Positions 18,952 to 28,125 of a DNA stretch of 64,000 bases are shown piece after piece (within the stretch, counting starts at the first letter, position 1; each line of letters starts with the position of its first letter). This DNA is from Pseudomonadota bacterium (GTDB lineage: Bacteria; Pseudomonadota; Gammaproteobacteria; Burkholderiales; Burkholderiaceae_E). Location: NCBI GenBank assembly GCA_041175665.1, contig JBEDEM010000003.1, forward strand, positions 5,581 to 69,580, in the 5' to 3' direction. The position numbers and the translations under genes are program-made. The notes under the pieces are model-generated. The model saw nothing but the letters and a program-made list of their open reading frames with translations, ran no database searches and was not told the origin of the DNA.

Positions 18952-19902
18952 TCAAGCTCCCGTAAGATTTAAAGACTCAGTATTCACTGCAGCAAAGCAG
19001 ACGGCCTTCATCAGGCAACGACTCAAAGAGGAGTCTGGGTCATCAAGACTGTCGAGGATTGAAAAGTGATTGAATCCCGGAATCACCTCAAGTGCCGCAT
19101 CAATGCCCTGCCTTCGAAGGTGCTGACTGTATTGCAAACTTAACTCGATCCAGCGCCAAGGCTCTGCACCGCCAACGGTCACCCAGCTCGCAGCGTGATG
19201 CCGCACAGGCATGAGCATGCTGTTGTTCATCTGGGCAATCGCAGGGTTGAGTCGAATCTCCTCATTCACCGAGATATAAAGCGCCACTGAAGGATCGAAG
19301 ACGCCACTGCTAAATACCGCAGCTTTTATCAAGGACGCAGGCAATCGATCCAAACGCCAGTCATGGGCAAGCAGCATCGAGCAAAGATGCGCCCCGGCCG
19401 AATGGCCTGAGATCGAGATCTGCCCAGCGTGGGCACCCATATCACTGGCTTTCCGAGCGATCCAGGCAAGCGCCTGTTTCGCGCTTTCTACCGTTTGCGT
19501 CAGGTTCACCTCAGGACACAAGTCATAGCTTGGGATGACGACATGGGTGCCTGCAGCCTGCAAGTGTCTGGCGAGCAAGGAAACGTTTTTTCGATCACCC
19601 CCTCGCCAGTATCCCCCATGAAAAAAGACATGGACCGGGCCTCCTTCGCGTCCCTTGAACCAGTCAAGGCGATGCCGTTCACCGCTTCCGTAGGGCAGAT
19701 CAGCCTGCCACTGTGTGGTCTGCAAGGATGCGCGAAACGCCGCCGAACGCTTAGCCTGCTGCTCTTGATAGCTTGCAAAGCCAGGAACGGCTGCTCGCGG
19801 ATTGAAATGACTCTCCCACTCTTGCGCGCTCACTGGCTTGGAGGCAAAGGCTAAAAACGCCGGATCAGCCGCTCTTGCGGCGATTGGATCGATCTGATTC
19901 AT
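18952..19902 (-). CDS. Alpha/beta hydrolase (esterase/arylformamidase-like, fold-3)
   Basis: Oxyanion HGGYW motif (VFFHGGYWRGGD) and nucleophile GHSAGAHL. Sits 4 nt upstream of the S9 peptidase gene. Confidence 0.8.
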   Translation of the reverse strand: MNQIDPIAARAADPAFLAFASKPVSAQEWESHFNPRAAVPGFASYQEQQAKRSAAFRASLQTTQWQADLPYGSGERHRLDWFKGREGGPVHVFFHGGYWRGGDRKNVSLLARHLQAAGTHVVIPSYDLCPEVNLTQTVESAKQALAWIARKASDMGAHAGQISISGHSAGAHLCSMLLAHDWRLDRLPASLIKAAVFSSGVFDPSVALYISVNEEIRLNPAIAQMNNSMLMPVRHHAASWVTVGGAEPWRWIELSLQYSQHLRRQGIDAALEVIPGFNHFSILDSLDDPDSSLSRCLMKAVCFAAVNTESLNLTGA

Positions 19903-19979
19903 GCAGTTGGCTCACAAAATGCTTGGTTGTTCGGATTATTGAATGTTGAAGTTTGACATCGAAGAGTGCTGAAAACATC

Positions 19980-21317
19980 ATGCAAGCAAGCCAAAAACAA
20001 CGTATGAATGCACACACGCTCAACAACGCCGCAAGCGCGCTCGGCCCTGAAGCCAACCTGAACCCAGCACAGGTGTCTAGCCCATCCCTACCGTTGCAGG
20101 GGATCACAGTCATCGAGCTTGGACATAGTGTTGCCGCCCCTTTTGCAGCCCAAACACTCAGTGACCTTGGCGCCGAAGTCTGGAAGATCGAAAAGCCAGA
20201 AGGCGATGACGCAAGGCGTTGGGCTCCGCCTTATTTGGCTGAAGCGTCGGCAGTGTTCCAATGTTTGAATCGTAACAAGCGATCGGTAAGCTGTAATTTG
20301 CGTGATCCTTCAAGCTTGCAAGCACTCAAGCTTTTCATCCAGGATCGGGTTGATGTTGTCTTGCAAAACTTAAGGCCAGGGCAGGTCCAGGTACTGGGTC
20401 TTGACGCTGAAAATCTTCGGGCAGGCAAACCCTCGCTGATTTACTGCAACATCGGCGCCTTTGGCGAGCTTGGGCCGATGGCAAAACGCCCAGGCTACGA
20501 TCCTTTGATGCAGGCTTTCAGCGGCATCATGAGCGTCACAGGTGAGGAAGGTCGACCGCCTGTGCGGGTTGGCCCGTCCATTATCGATATGGGAACAGGC
20601 AGCTGGGCTGTGATCGGCATTCTCGCCGCACTGCTCGAGCGCAAACAAAGCGGCAAAGGTACTGTGGTTGATGTGTCACTTTTTGAGACAGCCGCATCGT
20701 TGATGACCATTCCCGCTGCCCAGTATCAGGGTTCGGGAGAGGTGCCTACAAGACAAGGATCAGGCTCGAAAGGTATCGTACCTTATCGCGCTTATTTATG
20801 TAGCGATCAGCAGTACCTGGTGATTTCTGCTGGCAGCGATGGATTGTTCAAACGATTAGCGTCCGTACTTGGAGAGCCCCAATGGGCGGAGGATCCTCGC
20901 TTTAGCTCCAATCCTCAACGTGTCATCCATGAAGCACTCATTTACAGCCTGATCGAAGCGCGTATGCTTCAGCGCAGCAGCAGCCAATGGCAACAATTAC
21001 TTGACGAGGCAGGCATTCCTTGCGCACCCGTACAAAATACAGAACAATTACTTGATCACCCACAGATGGCAGCGATGGGACTGCTTCAGTCGATACCTGA
21101 CGCAAACTATCAAACCATTGGGCTACCACTTAGGCTTAATGGTGAACGACCCAAGAGCCGATCGCCCGCACCGGCGCTGGGTGAAGCAAACGCCCAATGG
21201 CAGCGCATGACTGACAGTATCCTTAGGGCAGGCCAGCATACCTCCGAGGCTTTGACTGAGCCCAGCCAATTCAACATCGCGGACTATGCAAGTAATCATC
21301 GAAAGACAACACCATGA
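19980..21317 (+). CDS. CaiB/BaiF family (class III) CoA-transferase
   Basis: LQGITVIELGHSVAAPFAAQTLSDLGAEVWKIEKPEGDDAR and GYDPLMQAFSGIMSVTG motifs. ATG at 19980; an ORF-track TTG start lies at 19953. Confidence 0.85.
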   Translation: MQASQKQRMNAHTLNNAASALGPEANLNPAQVSSPSLPLQGITVIELGHSVAAPFAAQTLSDLGAEVWKIEKPEGDDARRWAPPYLAEASAVFQCLNRNKRSVSCNLRDPSSLQALKLFIQDRVDVVLQNLRPGQVQVLGLDAENLRAGKPSLIYCNIGAFGELGPMAKRPGYDPLMQAFSGIMSVTGEEGRPPVRVGPSIIDMGTGSWAVIGILAALLERKQSGKGTVVDVSLFETAASLMTIPAAQYQGSGEVPTRQGSGSKGIVPYRAYLCSDQQYLVISAGSDGLFKRLASVLGEPQWAEDPRFSSNPQRVIHEALIYSLIEARMLQRSSSQWQQLLDEAGIPCAPVQNTEQLLDHPQMAAMGLLQSIPDANYQTIGLPLRLNGERPKSRSPAPALGEANAQWQRMTDSILRAGQHTSEALTEPSQFNIADYASNHRKTTP

Positions 21318-22147
21318 CGCAACACGATCAGCTTTCACACGCGAAAGACGTCTTGGCCACATCATTTGAGACACTGAGCTGTCAGCTCGCTGCGCCACAT
21401 GTGCTGTTGGTAAGCCTCAATCGCCCCGCAGTCGGTAACGCAATCAACACCCAAATGGGGCGTGATTTGTTGCGACTTTGGACGATGCTTACCGAAGACG
21501 CACAAGATATTCGTTGCATTGTTTTGGCAGGTACTGGCAATCGTATTTTTTGCGCAGGTGGTGACCTCAAAGAGCGCAACGGCATGAGCCGAGAAACCTG
21601 GCAAAAACAACACGAACTTTTTGAGCGTCAATACTGGACACTCACCGATCTTCCTATACCGGTCATTGCGGCAGTTAATGGGCACGCCTATGCCGGCGGA
21701 CTTGAAACAGTGCTCGCCTGTGATTTTGCGTACGGCTCAGAAGATGCCCGATTTGCCTTAACTGAGGTGAGTATTGGCATTATGCCCGGCGCTGGTGGCA
21801 CGCAGAATCTTCCTCGAGCGATCGGTGAGCGAAGAGCCAAAGAAGTCATTCTTACTGCGCGACCCTTCGATGCACAGCAAGCATTAGCCTGGGGGGTGCT
21901 AAATGCAGTTTTTCCAGCCGACAAGGTGATATCACAAGCCTTGCAAACAGCACAACGGATTGCCGAGAATGCGCCGCTTTCTGTAAAACAAGCAAAAAAA
22001 TCGATTCGCTATGGTATGCAAATGGAATTAAGAACGGCCTTTCGCTTTGAGGTTGAAGCTTATAACCATTTAGTCGACACCGAGGATCGACTCGAAGGTG
22101 TCGCAGCCTTTAATGAGAAGCGAAAGCCGCACTTCAAAGGGCGATAG
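21314..22147 (+). CDS. Enoyl-CoA hydratase/isomerase (crotonase) family protein
   Basis: FCAGGDLKE, AAVNGHAYAGGLETVLACDF and GIMPGAGGTQNLPR motifs. 4-nt overlap with the upstream CoA-transferase gene. Confidence 0.88.
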   Translation: MTQHDQLSHAKDVLATSFETLSCQLAAPHVLLVSLNRPAVGNAINTQMGRDLLRLWTMLTEDAQDIRCIVLAGTGNRIFCAGGDLKERNGMSRETWQKQHELFERQYWTLTDLPIPVIAAVNGHAYAGGLETVLACDFAYGSEDARFALTEVSIGIMPGAGGTQNLPRAIGERRAKEVILTARPFDAQQALAWGVLNAVFPADKVISQALQTAQRIAENAPLSVKQAKKSIRYGMQMELRTAFRFEVEAYNHLVDTEDRLEGVAAFNEKRKPHFKGR

Positions 22148-22205
22148 CTGCAAGGTCTAAGAATCGATCAAAGCAACCGCTAACCAACCCAGGAGAACCA
22201 AGGCT

Positions 22206-23177
22206 ATGCAATCAACCCAAGACCCTCATCGCGACGTATTGGTACGCGAGGTCGGATTGCGCGACGGCTTGCAAATTCACCCTAGCTTTATGCCGACTGA
22301 GGCCAAGCTAGCCTGGGTTAGAGCTGAAGCTGCAGCAGGTGTTCCAGAAATTGAAGTGACCTCTTATGTTCCTGCCAAACTGATTCCTCAATTTGTTGAC
22401 GCAGAAACGCTCAGCATTGAATCGTTGAAGATCCCCTCACTCGTCGTTGCCGCTTTGATCCCAAATGCGCGCGGTGCCGAGCGAGGCTTTGATCTGAAAG
22501 TTCACAAACTCAACTTTGTGATGTCAGTATCTAAAACACATAACGAGAAAAATGTTCGCCGTTCAAGAGAAGAATCACTTGCGGACTTTGCGAAAATCTG
22601 TGCCATGCGCGATGCAATCGAGCCATCAGCTCGTCCGAAAATTGTAGGCGGCCTATCGACGGCACTCGGTTGCTCCTACGAAGGTCCGGTATCGACCAAG
22701 TCGGTTCTTCACTATGCGGAAGCCTTACTCAAGGCGGGCGCCGATGAAATCGTCGTGGCTGATACCGTTGGCGTCGCAACGCCTAAGCTTGTGCGTAGCA
22801 CCTTTGAACAAGTCATCAAGCTCGCAGGCGATGTGCCGGTTGGTGCACATTTTCATGATACCCGGGGCACGGGCCTTGCCAATGTTCTGGCCGCGCTTGA
22901 AGCAGGGTGTAGCCGCTTTGACGCCTCGCTTGCTGGACTTGGGGGCTGCCCCTTCGCTCCAGGAGCAACCGGTAATATCGTCATGGACGATTTGTGTTTC
23001 ATGCTCGACGGCATGGGTTTAAGGACAGGGGTCGATTTAGAGGCGCTCGTGGCAGTACGCGATATCGTTACAGAGTCTTTGCCCGATATCGAGATGCACG
23101 GTGGCCTCGCGAGAGCAGGCCTGCCCAAAGGTTATCAACGTCTAGGTACTGGTTTTCCCGTGGAGGTTTTGGCATGA
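22206..23177 (+). CDS. Hydroxymethylglutaryl-CoA lyase family protein
   Basis: VREVGLRDGLQ, HFHDTRGTGLANVLAALEAG, LGGCPFAPGATGN. Confidence 0.88.
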   Translation: MQSTQDPHRDVLVREVGLRDGLQIHPSFMPTEAKLAWVRAEAAAGVPEIEVTSYVPAKLIPQFVDAETLSIESLKIPSLVVAALIPNARGAERGFDLKVHKLNFVMSVSKTHNEKNVRRSREESLADFAKICAMRDAIEPSARPKIVGGLSTALGCSYEGPVSTKSVLHYAEALLKAGADEIVVADTVGVATPKLVRSTFEQVIKLAGDVPVGAHFHDTRGTGLANVLAALEAGCSRFDASLAGLGGCPFAPGATGNIVMDDLCFMLDGMGLRTGVDLEALVAVRDIVTESLPDIEMHGGLARAGLPKGYQRLGTGFPVEVLA

Positions 23178-24373
23178 ATGCTGTCAGCGAGAAACTCGGC
23201 CAAGAGCAAGTGCAGATCGATCTTGGCGAAAATTGGATCGATATAAGGGAGCAAATTAGAAAGATTTGCAAAGATTTCCCCGGGAGTTACTGGCGGGCGC
23301 TTGAAGATGAGCAAGCGTATCCAAGCGCTTTTGTGCAAGCGTTGACCGAATCAGGCTACCTCGCAGCACTGATTCCTGAAGCCTACGGTGGCGCGGGACT
23401 TCCTTTGAGTGCGGCAGCGGCGATTCTCGAAGAAATCCATGCTAATGGTTGTAACGCAGGCGCTTGTCATGCACAGATGTACATCATGGGAACCTTGCTG
23501 AGGCATGGTTCAACAGCGCAAAAGGAAAAGTACCTGCCGCAAATCGCTTCAGGAACATTGCGCTTGCAAGCTTTCGGTGTGACCGAGCCTACAAGTGGTA
23601 CCGACACCACCCAACTGAAGACAAGAGCGCAGCGTGATGGTGAGCATTATGTGGTTAATGGCCAAAAGGTATGGACGTCAAGAGCCAGGCATTCGGACCT
23701 GATGCTCCTGTTGGCGCGAACCACACCAATCGATCAAGTCCAGCGGAAGACCGAGGGCTTATCGGTGTTTTTGATCGACATGCGTGATGTGCTTGACCGG
23801 GGTCTTAGCATCAGACCGATTGATGCCATGATCAACCACAACACGACCGAAGTGTTTTTTGACAACATGCGGATTCCAGCCTCTAGCCTAATCGGTGAAG
23901 AGGGCAAGGGATTTCGCTACATCCTTGATGGCATGAATGCCGAGCGTATCTTAGTGGGCTCGGAGGCTATTGGTGACGCACGCTGGTTTATAGCGAAAGC
24001 AAGTCACTACGCAAGTGAGCGGGTAGTGTTTGGCCGTCCTATCGGGATGAATCAGGGCATCCAGTTTCCGATCGCAAGAGCCCATGCAGAAACCGATGCG
24101 GCTGAGTTGATGCTGCGAAAGGCAGCCGCTCTGTTTGAAGCCGGACTTCCCTGCGGCGACTCGGCCAACATGGGCAAAATGCTGGCCTCCGAGGCGGCCT
24201 GGCATGCCGGCGAGGCCTGTATGCAAACTCACGGAGGGTTTAGTTATGCCCGTGAGTACGATATTGAACGCAAGTGGCGAGAAACCCGTCTGATGCAAAT
24301 TGCGCCGGTTTCGACCAACCTCATCCTTGCCTATGTTGCCGAGCATGTCTTAGGCATGCCAAGGTCTTATTAG
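23174..24373 (+). CDS. Acyl-CoA dehydrogenase family protein
   Basis: AFGVTEPTSGTDT, VNGQKVWTS, QTHGGFSYAREYDIERKWRE. The ATG at 23174 overlaps the upstream TGA (ATGA). The ORF-track start at 22994 was rejected. Ends TAG TAG. Confidence 0.88.
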   Translation: MNAVSEKLGQEQVQIDLGENWIDIREQIRKICKDFPGSYWRALEDEQAYPSAFVQALTESGYLAALIPEAYGGAGLPLSAAAAILEEIHANGCNAGACHAQMYIMGTLLRHGSTAQKEKYLPQIASGTLRLQAFGVTEPTSGTDTTQLKTRAQRDGEHYVVNGQKVWTSRARHSDLMLLLARTTPIDQVQRKTEGLSVFLIDMRDVLDRGLSIRPIDAMINHNTTEVFFDNMRIPASSLIGEEGKGFRYILDGMNAERILVGSEAIGDARWFIAKASHYASERVVFGRPIGMNQGIQFPIARAHAETDAAELMLRKAAALFEAGLPCGDSANMGKMLASEAAWHAGEACMQTHGGFSYAREYDIERKWRETRLMQIAPVSTNLILAYVAEHVLGMPRSY

Positions 24374-24446
24374 TAGAACGACATTTATTTTATATCTAAA
24401 CGCAGCTATGAATGATCTCATGGGCTGACGATCAGGAGAATTCAGC

Positions 24447-25874
24447 ATGACGACCGAGACAAGCCAACGCACAGAAAATCAGCCAAGCCCAAGCACCGGG
24501 GGCAAGGCAGCCGCCCTGACTCAACAGTATGCTTCATTTATAGCGCATGCTGCGTCGATCACCGTGCCACCCGAAGCTGCGCAGCGGGCAATCACCGGTT
24601 TTATCGACACCATTGGCACCATGATTGCAGGGCGTGACGAACCTGTTGTTGGCCTTGTGCGGCAATGGCTTGGTGCGGGTTCAGCGGCACAAGGCCCAGC
24701 AAACTCAAGCGTATTGCTCGGTCGTGAGATGGCTAGCTCGGAGGTAGCCGCATGGATTAATGGCGCCGCAGCGCATGCACTCGATTTCGACGATGTTGCA
24801 CTCGGTGGCCACCCTTCAACGGTTTTAGTGCCCGCTATTCTTGCTGAGGCACAGCGCCTTAACAGCAGCGGCAGCGACGTGGTCACTGCCTATCTTGTTG
24901 GTTATGAAATTTGGGCCGATCTGGTTGCACGCGAAAAAGGCTCCCATCACTTAAAGGGGTGGCACCCGACTGCGGTTTTCGGTGTTATTGGTGCTGCTGC
25001 AGCCTGTGGCTATCTCAATCGCGATGATGCGCATACATGCCAAATGGGGCTTGCGATTGCAGGATCTTTTGCCAGTGGCCTGGTTGCCAATTTCGGCACC
25101 ATGACCAAGCCCTTTCATGCGGGGATGGCTGCTAGCCACGGCATTAGTGCGATGAGGCTTGCGCGTTTGGGTATGACCGGAACACCCGACGCCATGGAAC
25201 ACCATGCGGGTTTTCTCAAAGCCATCTCAGAGCATAACGATGTTGACCGAATGAGCCCTGCCGACAGCCTGGGGCAACCGTGGAAGATTTTGCATGCGGG
25301 CTTGAGCATCAAACGCTACCCACTTTGCTATGCGACCCATCGTGTCATTGATGGCGTACTCGCATTGCGCAATCAGCACCAACTCAAGCCTGATGATGTT
25401 GAGTCGGTTGAGGCGGTCATTGGTGTAGCGCAAGCTTCGATGCTACGTAACCATCAGCCAAGCACTGGTCTGGAGGCAAAGTTTAGCCTGCAGTTTGCAG
25501 TGGCATCAGCTCTGGTCGAAGGCGCCGTCGGCTTGAACCAATTGACCGATCAGGTGGTTGCTAAAGACGATGTCCGCGAACAATTTTCAAAGTTGAAAAT
25601 TTCAATCAATGAGCAAAACTGCCCAATTGAGCCTGCATTTTCTTACGCTGACAGGGTGCGTCTTAAGTTGCGCAACGGTTCGGTGCTTGATACCGGCGAG
25701 ATCCGATTTGCCAAAGGTAATGCCATGAATCCCTTGAGCATCGAAGAACTCGAGGGGAAATTCCTCGACTGCGCTTCACGGGCTCAAGGTGTTGACGGCA
25801 AACGCTTGTTTGCTCAGCTCGCTAATCTTTCAACCCTTGTATCGATCCAGCAATTACATCAACCTTCAGCGTGA
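24447..25874 (+). CDS. MmgE/PrpD family protein (2-methylcitrate-dehydratase-like)
   Basis: INGAAAHALDFDD, WHPTAVFGVIGAAAA, KPFHAGMAASHGISA motifs; 475 aa. Confidence 0.85.
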   Translation: MTTETSQRTENQPSPSTGGKAAALTQQYASFIAHAASITVPPEAAQRAITGFIDTIGTMIAGRDEPVVGLVRQWLGAGSAAQGPANSSVLLGREMASSEVAAWINGAAAHALDFDDVALGGHPSTVLVPAILAEAQRLNSSGSDVVTAYLVGYEIWADLVAREKGSHHLKGWHPTAVFGVIGAAAACGYLNRDDAHTCQMGLAIAGSFASGLVANFGTMTKPFHAGMAASHGISAMRLARLGMTGTPDAMEHHAGFLKAISEHNDVDRMSPADSLGQPWKILHAGLSIKRYPLCYATHRVIDGVLALRNQHQLKPDDVESVEAVIGVAQASMLRNHQPSTGLEAKFSLQFAVASALVEGAVGLNQLTDQVVAKDDVREQFSKLKISINEQNCPIEPAFSYADRVRLKLRNGSVLDTGEIRFAKGNAMNPLSIEELEGKFLDCASRAQGVDGKRLFAQLANLSTLVSIQQLHQPSA

Positions 25875-25908
25875 AGCAGCAATCGCTTTTGAGGGTTTAT
25901 TTTGAGGG

Positions 25909-26730
25909 CTAAGTAATGCGTAAATAGATCGGCTCAAAGCCTTCGAGTTCGAACTTGAGCCGGTCGCCGGGATTTGGAAACTTCGAGCGCACCAAGGATC
26001 CCAAAATTGCGATCTGACCTTTACAAAGATAGGTGCCGCGATCGTTGGCCTCATTGGCTAGCCATGCGAGTGCTTCAAGCGGATGCCCCATGAGGTCACG
26101 GCCATAGCCCTGGCCAACCACTTCGTCGTTGATCAAGGCAGTTCCACTCAAGCTGCCAATACCTTCATTAGCGCTACCCAGGCTGCGCCAGTCACGGCGC
26201 CATCGACCAAGGATCGCACCTTCGTTCCACGCATTGTCTGCAAGCAGTTGCAAGCCATGCTGGGCCATCTTGTCGTAATCAGCACAGCGATCGTCAGCCA
26301 GTTCCATCGCAGGCGCAACGGCATCAACAGCGTCTAAAACACTGTAGCGATCGTGTCGGCTGGTACCCCGACCGCGTGGCGGCTTGAGATCTGACGCGAT
26401 GCGAACAGCTATTTCAAACTCGACCAAAAGCCTTCCGTAGCTCGACGATTCGGTCTTTGCTGGTGAATCAATCACCTGTTTACTGTGCAAACGGCCTGCG
26501 ATGGGCGCATCAAGACCAACCATGGCCTGCATCACCGGCGTTGCAAGCGCAATCTTCCAGCCAATGGCCTCACCGCAATACTGCGCCTTGATATCGACAA
26601 ATGCCTGCTGCGCCTCGACAGCTTGGGCTCTGGACTCGGGCGCAAACCCAGCAGGTACAGCGCTCAATGGCGCACGGTCCTGGTGCTGTTGCACCAACCA
26701 TTCGGCGAGAGCTTCGGCATGGCTTGTCAT
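25909..26730 (-). CDS. 2-keto-4-pentenoate hydratase/2-oxohepta-3-ene-1,7-dioate hydratase family protein
   Basis: GWKIALATPVMQAMVGLDAPIAGRL and AMELADDR, with a C-terminal GDRLKFELEGFEPI pattern typical of the MhpD/HpcG family. ATG at 26730 preferred; TAG stop. Confidence 0.7.
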   Translation of the reverse strand: MTSHAEALAEWLVQQHQDRAPLSAVPAGFAPESRAQAVEAQQAFVDIKAQYCGEAIGWKIALATPVMQAMVGLDAPIAGRLHSKQVIDSPAKTESSSYGRLLVEFEIAVRIASDLKPPRGRGTSRHDRYSVLDAVDAVAPAMELADDRCADYDKMAQHGLQLLADNAWNEGAILGRWRRDWRSLGSANEGIGSLSGTALINDEVVGQGYGRDLMGHPLEALAWLANEANDRGTYLCKGQIAILGSLVRSKFPNPGDRLKFELEGFEPIYLRIT

Positions 26731-26861
26731 GGCATCAGTATTGCCGCAAATCAGGCACGAAACAAGAGGCCAAATCCCCTCCTTTGGCTTGGGGTCGCTC
26801 ACATGCACCAGCGTGGAACGGGTTTACCCTAGGCAATCCACTCCTCAAAAAGAAGGCGCTC

Positions 26862-27611
26862 ATGATGAACGCAAAATTGCCCGATGTCGCTGCTCAAGCG
26901 CTAGAGCGTGAAAGCATTGACGATTCGATGGGCGTCCCGATCTCCGAAAACATAAGGCGCCGCGTTAAGCAAGCTGGTGCCCGCTTTCATGCAAACGACA
27001 ACATCGCCGAGTTTATTGAACCTGGCGAGCTCGATTTACTACTGGGCGAAGTGCAAGCACAAATGGAAAAAGTGCTCAAGAGCCTCGTCATCGACACCGA
27101 GAGCGATCACAACACCCAAGAGACCGGCCGACGTGTTGCAAAAATGTTTTTGCAGGAAGTGTTTCGCGGGCGCTATCAGCCGATGCCTGCCTTGACCGAG
27201 TTTCCAAACGTATCCAACCTCAACGAGTTAATGATCATCGGTCCAATCACGGTGCGCAGCGCCTGCTCGCACCACTTGTGTCCGATCATGGGCCATGTTT
27301 GGGTTGGCGTGATGCCCAACGAACACTCCAATCTCATTGGCCTATCGAAATACGCGCGCATGGCTGACTGGATCATGAGCCGCCCTCAGATCCAGGAGGA
27401 AGCCGTTGTCCAACTTGCCGATGTGCTGCAAGAAAAAATGTCGCCTGATGGCTTGGCAATTGTGATGGAGGCCGATCACTTTTGTATGCACTGGCGCGGC
27501 GTCAAAGATGTTGACTCTCGTATGATTAACTCGGTGATGCGCGGGTCCTTTTTAAAGGACGCCAACTTGCGCCGTGAATTTCTCTCTCTGATCCAATCGA
27601 AAAAGGCCTAA
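26862..27611 (+). CDS. folE: GTP cyclohydrolase I (FolE), long N-terminal form
   Basis: NTQETGRRVAKMF, VRSACSHHLCPIMGHVWVGVMP (Zn-binding CxHH region), RPQIQEEAV, HFCMHWRGV. ATG at 26862; the longer ORF-track start at 26601 was rejected. Confidence 0.88.
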   Translation: MMNAKLPDVAAQALERESIDDSMGVPISENIRRRVKQAGARFHANDNIAEFIEPGELDLLLGEVQAQMEKVLKSLVIDTESDHNTQETGRRVAKMFLQEVFRGRYQPMPALTEFPNVSNLNELMIIGPITVRSACSHHLCPIMGHVWVGVMPNEHSNLIGLSKYARMADWIMSRPQIQEEAVVQLADVLQEKMSPDGLAIVMEADHFCMHWRGVKDVDSRMINSVMRGSFLKDANLRREFLSLIQSKKA

Positions 27612-27615
27612 GCCC

Positions 27616-28041
27616 ATGCTGGTTCGACTCCTTTATGCAAGCCGTCCTGCCCAACAAAGCGCAAATAGTTTGGTTGACGATATTTTGAAAAGCTGCAGGG
27701 AAAATAACCCTCAACACGGCATCACCGGCGTGCTGTGTTTTAGCGAACAAGCCTTTTTGCAGCTCATCGAAGGCAATCGTGTTGCAATCAATCGGGTCTA
27801 TGGACAAATTGTCCAAGATCAGCGCCACACCGACGTCAGTCTCCTGCACTATGAGGAAATCAACGAGCGGATCTTTGGCAGTTGGACTATGGGTCAGGTC
27901 AATCTCGAAAAGATCAATCCTTCAGTCATTCTTAAGTACTGTCCTTTGCCGGAGCTCGATCCGTTTGCCATATCGGGTTCAGCCGCTCTGGCCTTGCTCA
28001 AGGATTTATTTGCCAGCGCATCGATCGTAGGTCGTGCTTAA
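27616..28041 (+). CDS. BLUF (blue-light sensing using FAD) domain protein, stand-alone
   Basis: LVRLLYAS, ITGVLCF, FLQLIEG, DQRH and IFGSWTMG are the BLUF signature positions (Tyr, Gln, Trp/Met). Starts 4 nt after the folE stop. Confidence 0.85.
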   Translation: MLVRLLYASRPAQQSANSLVDDILKSCRENNPQHGITGVLCFSEQAFLQLIEGNRVAINRVYGQIVQDQRHTDVSLLHYEEINERIFGSWTMGQVNLEKINPSVILKYCPLPELDPFAISGSAALALLKDLFASASIVGRA

Positions 28042-28125
28042 AACAAGTTCGTTTTTTGGCTGATTTTCGCTCCGCTCAGCTCAAGAAGTCATGCAGGATT
28101 GACGCTGCGAGTGTAAAGTAGCCGG

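Noticed and set aside
22994-23173. Long N-terminal extension of the acyl-CoA dehydrogenase ORF (track start 22994)
   Set aside because: The extension overlaps the last 184 nt of the HMG-CoA lyase gene in another frame and is Arg-rich nonsense-like sequence. The ATG at 23174, overlapping the upstream TGA, gives a normal roughly 399-aa enzyme.
24371-24376. UAG reassignment (TAG read as sense) as an explanation for the broken RF1
   Set aside because: TAG terminates many well-conserved genes at their expected lengths (grxD 103 aa, ubiX 195 aa, hemA, prmC, enoyl-CoA hydratase). The acyl-CoA dehydrogenase gene ends in tandem TAG TAG. No conserved gene here needs an in-frame TAG to be read through.
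26601-26861. N-terminal 87-aa extension of the folE ORF (track start 26601)
   Set aside because: It runs antisense through the 5' end of the divergent hydratase gene and has no FolE-like sequence. The ATG at 26862 has a GAAGG SD upstream.
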